NCBI GenBank assembly: GCA_963851445.1
Contig: CAWKPH010000001.1
Span: 61,813 to 125,812 of the forward strand
Direction: 5' to 3'
Length of the DNA: 64,000 bases
Origin: an uncultured bacterium
GTDB taxonomy: Bacteria; Patescibacteriota; Minisyncoccia; Phycocordibacterales; Phycocordibacteraceae
Each line of letters starts with the position of its first letter. Positions within the stretch are counted from its first letter, which is position 1. The notes beneath the pieces were generated by a model. That model was not told the origin of the DNA and searched no databases. It saw only the letters and a program-made list of their open reading frames with translations. Positions 37,384-46,798 of this stretch are shown here, in pieces. Both the position numbers and the translations under genes were made by a program.

Positions 37384-37456
37384 GCCGATGTCCGGGATCG
37401 GACCGGAGACCTCATCCTTACCATGGATGTGCTCTACCAACTGAGCTACATCGGCT
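37384..37456 (-). tRNA. tRNA-Thr (anticodon GGU), CCA not encoded, unusual T-loop (TCCGATC)
   Basis: Acceptor GCCGATG/CATCGGC, D-arm GCTC-AGTTGGTAG-GAGC, anticodon stem CATCC/GGATG with loop ATGGTAA, T-arm TCCGG-TCCGATC-CCGGA. Confidence 0.75.
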
Positions 37457-37545
37457 TCTATTCCTTCACAATAACCTCCGTATCCTAACGCAAACCCTAC
37501 AATTCCTCAATCTATTAGGGTCTTGAATGTTTCTTAGTCGTGTTT

Positions 37546-38838
37546 CTACAAAGTTGCAAACATCGCAACTGCTGCCGTTCCCATCGCAAGGAATGTAATC
37601 CAAACAATGGTGTTCGAAAGCCAACCGCTTCTATTTTCACCCATGATTTTCTTGCTCGCGGCAATCTTTGCAATAAGAAAGATGAGCGGCACCGCGACCA
37701 CCCCGTTAATTACCGCAGTAACCACGAGTGCCTTTATAGGATCAATACCAACAAAGTTGATCGTGAGTCCGATAAGCGTCGCAACGGTTATAACTCCGTA
37801 AAAGCCATGAGCTTTCGTGAGCTTCAAATTGAGACCTTCATTCCACTTGAAGGCCTCCGATACGGCATAGGATGCAGAGCCCGAAAGAATGGGGATCGCG
37901 AGGAGCCCAAGACCAATTATGCCGATGGAGAAAATGAGTTTTGCGAGATACCCGGCGTGAGGGAATGTTTGTACCAAAGGTTCGAGGGCACGAGCTGCAT
38001 CTGCAGATGTTTGGATGTTGGTAATACCATGAGCGTTCAGCACTGCGGCGCACACCACAATAATGCACCAGGTAGCTATCTCCGAAGCGACCATTCCGGC
38101 AGCATTGTCTATGCGAAGAGCTCGTATATATGATTTTCCGATGGTTGGCTTACCATGTGCGTCGATAAGCCCCTTTTCCTTCTCCTCTTCCACTTCTTGC
38201 GAAGCTTCCCAAAAAAACATGTACGGCGAGATCGTCGTACCCAACACACCGGTGATGATGAAGAGGAACGCGAAGGTGAATTGGAAATGCGGGATGAAAG
38301 TTGCTTCAAGAACGGTATACCACGGTAAGTGTACGAGAAAGACGGTGATCGGATATGCAAGCAGAACAATAGCGAGCCATTTGAGAATCCTTGCGTATAC
38401 CTTATATGAGGTAAAGATTTCGAGTACGAGAATAAGTGCCGTGAAAAAAAGCGTCGCAATGACAAAATCAACCGGCAGTATAAGCTCTACTGCCGCTGCC
38501 ATCGCACCAATATCAGCGCCTATGTTTATGGTATTGGCAACAATGACCAGGACCACCATGGGGTACAAAACCCATTTGCTGTAATTGTCGCGCACAATCG
38601 CTGCAAGACCTTTGCCTGTGACCGCGCCAATACGCGCACATGCTTCTTGTATCGCGATCAAGAGCGGAAGCATGAAAAGGGCTGTCCAGAGCTGGCCATA
38701 CCCAAACTGCGCGCCTGTTTGTGAATAGGTCGCAATGCCAGAAGGATCATCGTCGGCCGCACCTGTAACAACACCAGGTCCGAGAACCCTGAGAAAAGAG
38801 CCGAGCATGCTACCTTTTTTTTGTTCTGTTTCTTCCAT
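37546..38838 (-). CDS. NRAMP family divalent metal (Mn2+/Fe2+) transporter
   Basis: 430 aa ORF with 11-12 TM helices and NRAMP consensus segments (GPGVVTGAADDDPSGIATYSQTGAQFGY…). Confidence 0.85.
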   Translation of the reverse strand: MEETEQKKGSMLGSFLRVLGPGVVTGAADDDPSGIATYSQTGAQFGYGQLWTALFMLPLLIAIQEACARIGAVTGKGLAAIVRDNYSKWVLYPMVVLVIVANTINIGADIGAMAAAVELILPVDFVIATLFFTALILVLEIFTSYKVYARILKWLAIVLLAYPITVFLVHLPWYTVLEATFIPHFQFTFAFLFIITGVLGTTISPYMFFWEASQEVEEEKEKGLIDAHGKPTIGKSYIRALRIDNAAGMVASEIATWCIIVVCAAVLNAHGITNIQTSADAARALEPLVQTFPHAGYLAKLIFSIGIIGLGLLAIPILSGSASYAVSEAFKWNEGLNLKLTKAHGFYGVITVATLIGLTINFVGIDPIKALVVTAVINGVVAVPLIFLIAKIAASKKIMGENRSGWLSNTIVWITFLAMGTAAVAMFATL

Positions 38839-38914
38839 AGAATAGCGAGCTTAGGAGTTGGTGGGTAGATACATGTTTTCGATAAGTATAGCAGGAGGGT
38901 ACCTACTGAAAGCA

Positions 38915-39613
38915 TTAATTTACGTCTACGAGTTCACTTGCTGCAGCAAAAGCTTCTGCTTCAGCTCTTTTCCGTTCTGCACGTTCTTTCGCTTTTGGTA
39001 GTAGTCCGAAAATACGCTCCGTGAATGTGAGCGAGCCGGGGATAATGTTGAAAATAATAGGAAATAGGAAGAAGAGTACGCTCGCCGGAATGAAAAAGAA
39101 TGAGATGAAAATGCCGATAAGATAGGAAACGATTGTGAGACGAATACGAATCTGTGCTTGTCGAACGACTAGTAAGGAGAGGTCTTCATTACGGAGTTCG
39201 CTGCGCCTGCGTACATAGCGAATCATTGTCGCGGTTAATAGTGCGACTGCAAGAATGTTCAACCCGTATACGAGTACTGCCGCTTGCGCATTAGGATAGG
39301 TACCAAACAGTCGCGCAGAGAATGGTATGAATACCAAGAACATGAGGTACACCATGTTGAGCAGGTTTAAAGAGCGATCCACGGTCTTCGTAAATCTGTG
39401 AAAAAGGAATTGGTGATTGATCCAGAAGACCGAGAGCACGAGAAACGTGAATGCATAGCTACCAACGAGCGGCCAGATGCTGCCAAGGAGATATATAACA
39501 CGAGCGTTCGTTACTATGCCGCTTACAATTGGTACCTGTACATCGAACACAAGAAGCGTCATTGCTACTGCAAAGACGCTGTCGCTTAGTGATTCTACTC
39601 GGTCCTTATTCAT
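38915..39613 (-). CDS. TMEM175/DUF1211 family membrane protein (putative K+ channel family)
   Basis: 232 aa ORF; N-terminus RVESLSDSVFAVAMTLLVFDV matches the RxxxFSD motif of DUF1211. Confidence 0.6.
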   Translation of the reverse strand: MNKDRVESLSDSVFAVAMTLLVFDVQVPIVSGIVTNARVIYLLGSIWPLVGSYAFTFLVLSVFWINHQFLFHRFTKTVDRSLNLLNMVYLMFLVFIPFSARLFGTYPNAQAAVLVYGLNILAVALLTATMIRYVRRRSELRNEDLSLLVVRQAQIRIRLTIVSYLIGIFISFFFIPASVLFFLFPIIFNIIPGSLTFTERIFGLLPKAKERAERKRAEAEAFAAASELVDVN

Positions 39614-39626
39614 GGGCGCAGTACGT

Positions 39627-40589
39627 TTAATTGGTAAAGTCTTGAGTCACCATCTTACCGTATAAACCACCATCGATAATACCGATGCCTACTTTGTGAA
39701 AATTAGGATCAAGAATATTAGCACGATGTCCTGGCGAATTCATGAGTCCAATTTCTGCGAGTGCCACCGTTGGTGCAAGCGCAAGATTCTCCCCTGCGGT
39801 AGTGTAGGTGATGCCAGCGGCGTGCATGCGATCGAACGGACTAAGTCCATCGGGCGTTATATGCGAGAAATACTGACGTTCCCACATATCTTGCGAATGT
39901 GCCCGTGCGATTGCAGTGAGTGTGGAATCTAGAGTGAGCGGACCTACGCCTGCCTGCGCACGCGCTTGATTGACGAGTGCGAGCATTTCTCCTTCCCCTA
40001 CCTCATCAATGCTTGTACCGCTCGGTCTAAAGGGGAGGGTCTCGGTGCCTTCCGTGTCTGAATCCTTTGTAACGAGCGTTATCGCCTGATCGACATTTCC
40101 CCCGGTAATTCTATTAAGGAATGCAGTGACCGTAGGTAGTTCCCGCTGTACAAGCATGTTGGTATACGAGTCAGAAATATCTTGAGCTACTTTCGTTGGA
40201 AGTGGAAGCACCGTCGATGCGATAACTAAAAGCACGATCAGTATGAGTGCTTCAAACGCGGCGGGTATAATTGCGAGAGTGCGCGTTATATTATTTTCAG
40301 TAAATACGTGCGGGGACTCTTTCATGATCGCGCGAAGCACCGCGTACAAGATTTCTTGTATAACGACCATTAGGAATATGAAGGCAGCTATATAGCCATA
40401 CGTTGGTGGAATGCTGAGGTGCGCGTCTATATAGGCCCCGAGTGGGTTGTAATACACAAACGCAACATAAAAACTGACTGCTAGAGCAAGTAAGCGCGCA
40501 ATCAGGACCCAGAACCCCGTTCGTATACCCAGATAAATGTAGGTCAGCAATATGAGGAATGCGATCAGGTCGATGTAGTTAAGAGCCAT
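39627..40589 (-). CDS. CvpA-family membrane protein fused to a C-terminal CAP (SCP/PR-1-like) domain
   Basis: 320 aa ORF: four N-terminal TM helices (CvpA-like), then …HSQDMWERQYFSH…GENLA…SPGHRANIL…, typical of CAP domains. Confidence 0.6.
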   Translation of the reverse strand: MALNYIDLIAFLILLTYIYLGIRTGFWVLIARLLALAVSFYVAFVYYNPLGAYIDAHLSIPPTYGYIAAFIFLMVVIQEILYAVLRAIMKESPHVFTENNITRTLAIIPAAFEALILIVLLVIASTVLPLPTKVAQDISDSYTNMLVQRELPTVTAFLNRITGGNVDQAITLVTKDSDTEGTETLPFRPSGTSIDEVGEGEMLALVNQARAQAGVGPLTLDSTLTAIARAHSQDMWERQYFSHITPDGLSPFDRMHAAGITYTTAGENLALAPTVALAEIGLMNSPGHRANILDPNFHKVGIGIIDGGLYGKMVTQDFTN

Positions 40590-40631
40590 AACCTCAGTAT
40601 AGCGAACCTATAACCTCGTCGCGAGGTTTTG

Positions 40632-41228
40632 TTAGTTGTCGGGTTTTCGACCAGTGAGGCCAAGAAGTTTATCCTGCAAGCTGGCGCTTTGAGGAACTTC
40701 CACTTTTGGACCAAACACACCATATGAACGCCACTCTTCTGCATTAGGTGTAATCTCGTCCCAGAGTCCCTGCACGAGATCCTCAGGAAGTTTGCTATCA
40801 ACACCTATCACAAGTGCGAGATCATGAGCGCGCAGTCCCCTGAAAGAATTTATTTGCCAAAAGTAGTGCTGTGCACTGTAGTCACCAAATGAACAATGCA
40901 CAGTACGTGAGAGATCTGTAAATTCACGAGCCGCGTCGCAGGCATTGGCCGCAAATCTCACGAAGTTTTCCTTTGGATAATCACCTAGGAGATCTCCATC
41001 GAATTTTTCTCTCCCCGCTTGATCCATCGTCTTACCCTCGAGCATATCGGGTACCCACGCATCATCGTATGCGTGATAATTGATAACCCCACGAAGTGTT
41101 ATCGGTCCTGGCTTGCTATGCATTTCAAATTCGGATGGCATGATCATAGACCACTGATCATCCTTAATCTGCTCAACCACTTTCACAAGAGCTTCATCCG
41201 CGAGTACGAATATTTGCTGTTCGTTCAT
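40632..41228 (-). CDS. DinB/MDMPI_N-like superfamily protein (TIGR03086-like)
   Basis: 198 aa soluble helical protein. The family call is by overall resemblance only and is low-confidence. Confidence 0.35.
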   Translation of the reverse strand: MNEQQIFVLADEALVKVVEQIKDDQWSMIMPSEFEMHSKPGPITLRGVINYHAYDDAWVPDMLEGKTMDQAGREKFDGDLLGDYPKENFVRFAANACDAAREFTDLSRTVHCSFGDYSAQHYFWQINSFRGLRAHDLALVIGVDSKLPEDLVQGLWDEITPNAEEWRSYGVFGPKVEVPQSASLQDKLLGLTGRKPDN

Positions 41229-41272
41229 GACGTACTAAAAGGTAATTTAATATAAGTACTTTGTAGTATATA

Positions 41273-42448
41273 TCATGCGACGCGAGGCTCTTTTGGTTTT
41301 ACGAGCATGAACGTTGCAATAAGGGTCGTAATGGGCACGGCAAGGATGAGACCGATGCTGCCGATGACTGTCCGGATAATCTCGGTAGCAAATATTTCCT
41401 GATTTATGCTGGCGCCAAATGAAAGATTTGAGAAGTGAAGAAGGAGCAGAAGCGGAAGCGATGCTCCTACATAGGCAATCGCAAGTGTGTTGATGAGCGC
41501 ACCAATGTGTTCCCTGCCAATGCGCATTGCGTGCCTGAATACACGCGGACGCGAATAGTGTTCTGCCGCAGTGCTGAGTTCTTCGATGGCAACTGCCTGA
41601 CCAATCGCCGCATCGTACAAAATGCCAAGTAAGCCAATCATGATAGCGCCAAGAAGAAGCCCAACGAAATCGATTGTTCCATTCGTTTGTATATTTAATT
41701 CAGCAGCTTCTTCATTGGTATAACCCGAAAGATGCGTGGTGTGCACAGCAGCGTATGCAAGAAGGCCGGTGATAACAATAGTTACGATCATCCCAAACAC
41801 CGCTGCAGTGGTCGTCCTGTTGAATCCATGTGTTATATACGAACCAATAACTACGATGAACGAGCAGATTCCCATGCTCAGAAGAATTGGTGAGTAGCCA
41901 TGAAGTATTCCCGGTAGGAGCAGATAGAAAATAGCGGCAATGCTTATGACGAGCGATAGTAACCCGCGTATGCCCTGCTCACCACCGAACACGAGCGCGA
42001 CCACGAGGAAAAGACCGACCCAGAATAGCATCGACGGAATACGGTAGACGTCTGAAACATAATACAGATCAACACCGTCGTCAGGATTGATTTCATGCGT
42101 CAGATAAAACTGATCACCAGGCTTCAAGTTGAGATAATCATTTGTAACGGTGACCGAGTCCCCTTTGTCAGGACCGCTTTGAACGGTCGCGACGAGCGTT
42201 TGATAGGAGTGCAGTGTCGTAGTCCCAGGAATCTCTTTTTGCGTCTGCGCGATGACGGCGGTGACTTTTGCTAGCTCCACATAATCCTGCCCTGCTTCGG
42301 CGTCCTGCGGAGGAGCTTGTGTGCTTTGGTCGCTAGCGGACTGGGCAGTGGGACTCGTGGACGTCGCATGCACTGCGATAGGTACCCAAAGGCTGAGAGC
42401 AAGGCTAGCCGCGAGGACGAGCGCAAAAAGACCTACTGCTTTAGTCAT
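41273..42448 (-). CDS. YibE/F family membrane protein
   Basis: 391 aa ORF with a signal/TM segment, a periplasmic domain and a C-terminal polytopic region typical of YibE/F. Confidence 0.7.
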   Translation of the reverse strand: MTKAVGLFALVLAASLALSLWVPIAVHATSTSPTAQSASDQSTQAPPQDAEAGQDYVELAKVTAVIAQTQKEIPGTTTLHSYQTLVATVQSGPDKGDSVTVTNDYLNLKPGDQFYLTHEINPDDGVDLYYVSDVYRIPSMLFWVGLFLVVALVFGGEQGIRGLLSLVISIAAIFYLLLPGILHGYSPILLSMGICSFIVVIGSYITHGFNRTTTAAVFGMIVTIVITGLLAYAAVHTTHLSGYTNEEAAELNIQTNGTIDFVGLLLGAIMIGLLGILYDAAIGQAVAIEELSTAAEHYSRPRVFRHAMRIGREHIGALINTLAIAYVGASLPLLLLLHFSNLSFGASINQEIFATEIIRTVIGSIGLILAVPITTLIATFMLVKPKEPRVA

Positions 42449-42505
42449 GTTTGCATGAATTGTAACTCTCTATCCCCATTCCTAAAAGGATCCTTACTTG
42501 CAAGT

Positions 42506-42534
42506 ATTTTGCGTCTGCAGTAGACTGCAAAATA
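42506..42534. promoter_or_regulatory. Inverted repeat TATTTTGC-N13-GCAAAATA overlapping the start of the Fur-family gene; candidate Fur/Zur-type operator
   Basis: A perfect 8-nt arm pair ends at the ATG (42534). Confidence 0.4.
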
Positions 42535-42959
42535 TGAAAAACAATACTGTGCCGTCAGTAGAGATACTTCGTGGAGCCGGTATGCGCGCTACACCAGGCC
42601 GCATAGAACTTATCGATGTACTCGCCAAAGAGAAAGGCCCCCTCACGGTGAAGGAAATTCAAGAGAAACTTCCCCGCCTGCTAAACGAGGTAACTCTCTA
42701 TCGTGCCCTTGAATCACTGGTGGAAATTGGACTGGTGACCCATGTCGATTTGCAGCATGGTCATGCGCATTTCGAACTTGCCGCAACACGTAAACACCAT
42801 CATCACCTCGTTTGCACTGGCTGCGGTGCGATTGAGGACTTCGTGAATGAAACATGCGAATCACTTTTGGTGAATGTTGCGAAGAAATCTACTCTTTTCA
42901 AGGTTGCCGTAAGTCATTCTATGGAAATCTTCGGGCTATGCCAAAACTGTTATGGATAA
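42534..42959 (+). CDS. Fur family transcriptional regulator (likely Zur/metal uptake regulator)
   Basis: Winged-HTH N-terminus and C-terminal HHHLVCTGCG…C..C metal sites. Heads a metal ABC transporter operon and overlaps the next gene by 8 nt. Confidence 0.8.
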   Translation: MKNNTVPSVEILRGAGMRATPGRIELIDVLAKEKGPLTVKEIQEKLPRLLNEVTLYRALESLVEIGLVTHVDLQHGHAHFELAATRKHHHHLVCTGCGAIEDFVNETCESLLVNVAKKSTLFKVAVSHSMEIFGLCQNCYG

Positions 42960-43887
42960 AAACACCCGTATCATATTTATTGTTGTTATTGTCGTTGTGG
43001 TAGTCGGTGCACTCGGCTTCTTTCTTGTTCACGTAACCAAATCGAGCACGACTGCACAATCTAATACCAACAAGTTGCAAATCGTTGCAGGAGAGAATTT
43101 CTGGGGTTCAATCGCGTCACAGATCGGTGGTTCCGATGTACAGGTCACGAGTATTGTCTCTGACCCGAACGCCGATCCACATGAATACGAAAGCAGCACA
43201 AACGATGCGCGCGCAATCGCAACCGCCAATTACGTTATTTTAAATGGCGCTGGTTACGACAGCTGGGGCGATAAGCTTGTCGCAGCTAGTCCTAATCCCA
43301 GTCGTAAAGTTCTTGAGGTAGCAACGCTGCTTGGTAAGAAAGAAGGCGATAATCCGCATTTCTGGTACAACCCGGTCTACGTAAACGAGGTAGCCAAACA
43401 AATGGAAGAGGACATGATATCTCTTGATCCGTCCCATGCCACCGATTACGAAAATAATTACGCTACACTCCAAGCTTCATTTGCTGAATATCAAAATCGC
43501 ATCGCTTCGATCCAAAAACAGTTCGGTGGTACGCAAGTAGCGGCAACCGAAGATATCTTCGCGTATCTCGCCACTGCTTCTGGACTTGATCTCATTTCAC
43601 CACCCACCTTTACCGAAGCCGTCGCGGAAGGTAATGATCCACCTGCAGACAGCGTTGTAACGTTCCAGAACCAATTGAAGAGCGGCCAGGTGAAAGTGCT
43701 CGTATACAACGAACAGACTGTGACTCCTCTCACCGAAAGTATGAAGGCACTCGCTGCACAAGAGAATATACCTATTGTTGGTATCACTGAAACAATTCAA
43801 CCGCCTGACGCTACATTCCAAGAATGGATGAATGCTGAGCTTATTAATCTAGAGAATGCACTCAACGCGCAAGCGCTTGGTCAATAG
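42952..43887 (+). CDS. Metal (Zn/Mn) ABC transporter substrate-binding protein (ZnuA/TroA-like)
   Basis: 311 aa ORF with an N-terminal TM/signal anchor and a cluster A-I SBP fold (…DPHEYE…, …NPHFWY…). Confidence 0.85.
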   Translation: MDKNTRIIFIVVIVVVVVGALGFFLVHVTKSSTTAQSNTNKLQIVAGENFWGSIASQIGGSDVQVTSIVSDPNADPHEYESSTNDARAIATANYVILNGAGYDSWGDKLVAASPNPSRKVLEVATLLGKKEGDNPHFWYNPVYVNEVAKQMEEDMISLDPSHATDYENNYATLQASFAEYQNRIASIQKQFGGTQVAATEDIFAYLATASGLDLISPPTFTEAVAEGNDPPADSVVTFQNQLKSGQVKVLVYNEQTVTPLTESMKALAAQENIPIVGITETIQPPDATFQEWMNAELINLENALNAQALGQ

Positions 43888-43916
43888 TAATTCTCGTTCG
43901 TGCTAAGGTAAAAAAC

Positions 43917-44762
43917 ATGGAGCGGAACGAGGAATCTAAAGACAATGCTGAGTTTGTCATAACTGCTCAAAATCTTTCGGGCGGGTATAGCGATCATGCC
44001 ATTTGGAACCAGGCGGATTTCTCTATTGCCAAGGGGGAGTTCATTGCAGTACTGGGACCCAATGGTTCCGGCAAGACAACACTCTTTCGGATGCTGCTCG
44101 GACTTATTCGCCCTATCGATGGAACACTTTCAGTGCTAGGCAGAAGTCCGCGTCGCGGTGACGCGCGCATTGGGTATGTACCACAACGGCATGATGTGGA
44201 CCGAGACACCGCAATTGAAGCGCGTGAGTTTGTGAAGCTTGGACTTATCGGCACGCGCTGGGGTATCGGTTTGCCATCAGAAGGTGGTCGTGAAGCAGAT
44301 GAGGCATTAAAAATTGTTAATGCTGAGGACCTTTCCCATACGCCTCTTGGAAAAATGTCAGGGGGAGAACTACAGCGTATCTTCCTTGCACAAGCGCTTG
44401 TTTCGAATCCAGATATCTTACTTCTTGATGAACCGCTGGCCAATCTTGATATCAGACGCGAGTCAAACTTGGTAAATTTGATTGCAGATATTGTTAAAGA
44501 ACGAAAAGTCACCGTTCTTTTGATTGCACATAATATTAATCCCTTGCTGCCAGTGCTTGATCGTGTGCTCTATATTGCAAACCGCAAAGTGACACTCGGC
44601 ACGCCAGAAGAAGTGCTTACCTCTGAATCACTCTCGCGTCTCTACGGGATTTCTATAGAAGTACTACGCGACTCGCAAGGCCGCCTTGCGATTATCGGTA
44701 TCGAGGAATCAGGACAGCACGATCACGATCACGAAAACACCACTTCCCATCACCATGAATGA
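43917..44762 (+). CDS. Metal ABC transporter ATP-binding protein with His-rich C-terminal tail
   Basis: Walker A GPNGSGKTT and signature MSGGELQRIFLAQAL; the C-terminus reads …ESGQHDHDHENTTSHHHE. Confidence 0.85.
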   Translation: MERNEESKDNAEFVITAQNLSGGYSDHAIWNQADFSIAKGEFIAVLGPNGSGKTTLFRMLLGLIRPIDGTLSVLGRSPRRGDARIGYVPQRHDVDRDTAIEAREFVKLGLIGTRWGIGLPSEGGREADEALKIVNAEDLSHTPLGKMSGGELQRIFLAQALVSNPDILLLDEPLANLDIRRESNLVNLIADIVKERKVTVLLIAHNINPLLPVLDRVLYIANRKVTLGTPEEVLTSESLSRLYGISIEVLRDSQGRLAIIGIEESGQHDHDHENTTSHHHE

Positions 44763-45579
44763 CCTCGTTTTCAGCTGGAATATCTTCGCAGACCTAAATG
44801 CAATGCTGCAGTACGATTTCATGCAGCACGCATTTGAGGCAGGCACGATTATTGCAATCGTTGCAGGCGTCGTTGGGTATTTTATCGTAATACGTAAATC
44901 ATCGTTTGCGGCTCACGCACTTTCACATGTTGGATTTACCGGAGCTGCAGGCGCGGTGCTTCTCGGTCTTACTCCTCTTTTTGGACTCCTTGCGTTCACG
45001 CTGGGCGGTGGACTCTTGATAGCAACCCTTGGCGCGCGCGCCGCCGAACGTGATGTTCAGATAGGAACAGTGTTGGCTTTCATGCTTGGTCTAGGTGTCC
45101 TTTTCATTAGTCTCTATACCGGCTACGCAACTGAGGCGTACTCAATCTTATTTGGAGAGATACTAGGTATAAGCGCAAGTGACGTAATTGTTACCGCCAT
45201 TGCTGCAGTCATCATCCTCGTACTCGTTGCAGCTCTTTATCGTCCACTCCTCTTTATGTCGCTAGATCAAGACGTGGCTGAGGCCAAAGGTGTCCCGACG
45301 TACACTCTTGGCATCCTGTTTATGCTTATCGTTGCAGCAACAACTTCGATTTCCGTTCAAGTCGTTGGAGTCCTGCTCATTTTCGCACTCATGGTCACCC
45401 CAGCGGCAGTCGCGCAACGTCTTGCACGTCGTCCCATGCACGGCATTCTTATTTCCGTGACGATTGCTCTATTTTCGACTTGGTTCGGTCTTTTCATTGC
45501 ATTCTATCTCCCATATCCAGTCAGCTTCTTCATTACGACAGCAACCTTTGGTATATATCTTCTCTCACGGATTCTTTAA
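44755..45579 (+). CDS. Metal ABC transporter permease (ZnuB-like)
   Basis: Start at MNDLVF overlaps the ATPase stop (ATGAATGA). ABC-3 family polytopic permease. Confidence 0.85.
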   Translation: MNDLVFSWNIFADLNAMLQYDFMQHAFEAGTIIAIVAGVVGYFIVIRKSSFAAHALSHVGFTGAAGAVLLGLTPLFGLLAFTLGGGLLIATLGARAAERDVQIGTVLAFMLGLGVLFISLYTGYATEAYSILFGEILGISASDVIVTAIAAVIILVLVAALYRPLLFMSLDQDVAEAKGVPTYTLGILFMLIVAATTSISVQVVGVLLIFALMVTPAAVAQRLARRPMHGILISVTIALFSTWFGLFIAFYLPYPVSFFITTATFGIYLLSRIL

Positions 45580-45720
45580 AATAAAACTGGTTCTCTGGAG
45601 GGTCGCGCAGATACTCTTGACGACATGAGTATAATGTGTGACTCTATAAATAGCTTTTGTACCGTGCATTCTGCGCTCTGGGTGTTACCCAGGTTCCAAG
45701 GACACAGGAGAGGATACGTT

Positions 45721-46089
45721 ATGTGGTTTACTCGATGCGCGAGGGTCTTTGCCGCCGCTTTCGCAGCTCTCGCTATTCTGCTCGTGACTGGCATCGTGGA
45801 GGAGCGTCTCCTCTCCAGCTTGCTACTCATTCGGGTGATTAGCTGCATGTTTTTTCTGGCCGGTTTGTTCGATATCTTTCGATCTCTCACACCGCCTCGC
45901 TTGACCTCGCAAGCAGGTGAGACATTGTTTTGGATCGGTGTCGCAAACGGTTTTCTGCCCGCCTGCGCGATGATGGGGCAACCTGACTGGTTTGTTGGCC
46001 ATGGTATTTGGGTGAATTGGGTAATCAGTGCAGGGCTCATCTTTCACGCCATCATCCTGTACATCAACAACCCTCGAGAGATTGCGTAA
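45721..46089 (+). CDS. Hypothetical small membrane protein
   Basis: The plus-frame ORF has 3-4 TM helices, whereas the overlapping minus-frame ORF looks non-proteinaceous. Start chosen at MWFTRC. Confidence 0.3.
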   Translation: MWFTRCARVFAAAFAALAILLVTGIVEERLLSSLLLIRVISCMFFLAGLFDIFRSLTPPRLTSQAGETLFWIGVANGFLPACAMMGQPDWFVGHGIWVNWVISAGLIFHAIILYINNPREIA

Positions 46090-46113
46090 CCGCCGCCTCG
46101 TCGATTCGAAGAT

Positions 46114-46150
46114 CGCTTCTTCGTTTCGGCGAAGAAGCGGTTTTCTTTTT
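46114..46150 (+). terminator. Rho-independent terminator (CGCTTCTTCG-TTTCGG-CGAAGAAGCG followed by GTTTTCTTTTT)
   Basis: Perfect 10-bp stem followed by a U-run. Confidence 0.6.
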
Positions 46151-46204
46151 GTACTTACTTCCCTTTCACAACTATCAACCGAAAATTCAGTGATTTTGTC
46201 GTGG

Positions 46205-46233
46205 TTGACAATAAAACTCCCCTATTGTAGTAT
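46205..46233 (+). promoter_or_regulatory. Sigma70-type promoter: -35 TTGACA, 17-nt spacer, -10 TAGTAT; followed by ~100-nt leader of a cold-shock gene
   Basis: Consensus -35 with canonical spacing, upstream of csp (46336). Confidence 0.5.
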
Positions 46234-46335
46234 AGGACTATCAAACGCAGTGCTGTGGATCGAAGAACTCGTCGAGTCTCTTGTTCCAGCCTCCTGCACT
46301 TGATTTTTATCAGGTGCATCGCAACTACACTCAAC

Positions 46336-46536
46336 ATGCAGCAAGGAACAATTGCCGGCCTCAACCCTAAGGGTTTTGGTTTCATCAAGCGCGACGGTGA
46401 AGAAAAGGATCTTTTCTTCCACATGAACGAATTGGTGAACGCGAAGTTCGACGAACTTCGTGAAGGCGACAAAGTTGAATTCGAAGTCGGGGAAGGACCT
46501 AAGGGACCTAACGCGGTTCGTGTCAGCAAAATCTAA
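46336..46536 (+). CDS. Cold-shock protein (CspA family)
   Basis: MQQGTIAGLNPKGFGFIKRDGEEKDLFFHMNEL… carries RNP1/RNP2 motifs of the cold-shock domain. Start chosen at the internal Met. Confidence 0.9.
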   Translation: MQQGTIAGLNPKGFGFIKRDGEEKDLFFHMNELVNAKFDELREGDKVEFEVGEGPKGPNAVRVSKI

Positions 46537-46546
46537 ATGAAGACAA

Positions 46547-46578
46547 GCGCCTCCTCAACAGGGGCGCTTTCTTTTATA
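46547..46578 (+). terminator. Terminator hairpin GCGCC-TCCTCAACAGG-GGCGC followed by TTTCTTTTAT
   Basis: GC stem plus U-run between the two csp genes. Confidence 0.45.
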
Positions 46579-46582
46579 TATT

Positions 46583-46792
46583 ATGGCAACCCAAAAAGGC
46601 ACAATTACTATACTTACTGACCGGCAATCCGGTTTTATAAAGCGCAAAGGCGTTGCGGAAGATCTTTTCTTCCACTCAGACCATGTGATAGAAATTCAAT
46701 ATAAAGATCTTAAGATTGGAGATCACGTTGCGTTCGAAGTAACAGAAACACGCAACGGTCCCTACGCAATCTCAGTAACTCGTATCAAATAA
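46583..46792 (+). CDS. Cold-shock protein (CspA family), second copy
   Basis: 69 aa ORF: MATQKGTITILTDRQSGFIKRKGVAEDLFFH…. Confidence 0.9.
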   Translation: MATQKGTITILTDRQSGFIKRKGVAEDLFFHSDHVIEIQYKDLKIGDHVAFEVTETRNGPYAISVTRIK

Positions 46793-46798
46793 GGATTT

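Noticed and set aside
38839-38914. Mn2+ (yybP-ykoY) riboswitch upstream of the NRAMP transporter
   Set aside because: Intergenic region is only 76 nt and lacks the conserved riboswitch sequence blocks.
45576-46040. 154-aa minus-strand ORF overlapping 45625..46089
   Set aside because: Sequence is low-complexity and basic without membrane or domain features; the plus-strand frame has TM helices and sits between a terminated operon and a terminator, so the plus ORF is preferred (still low confidence).
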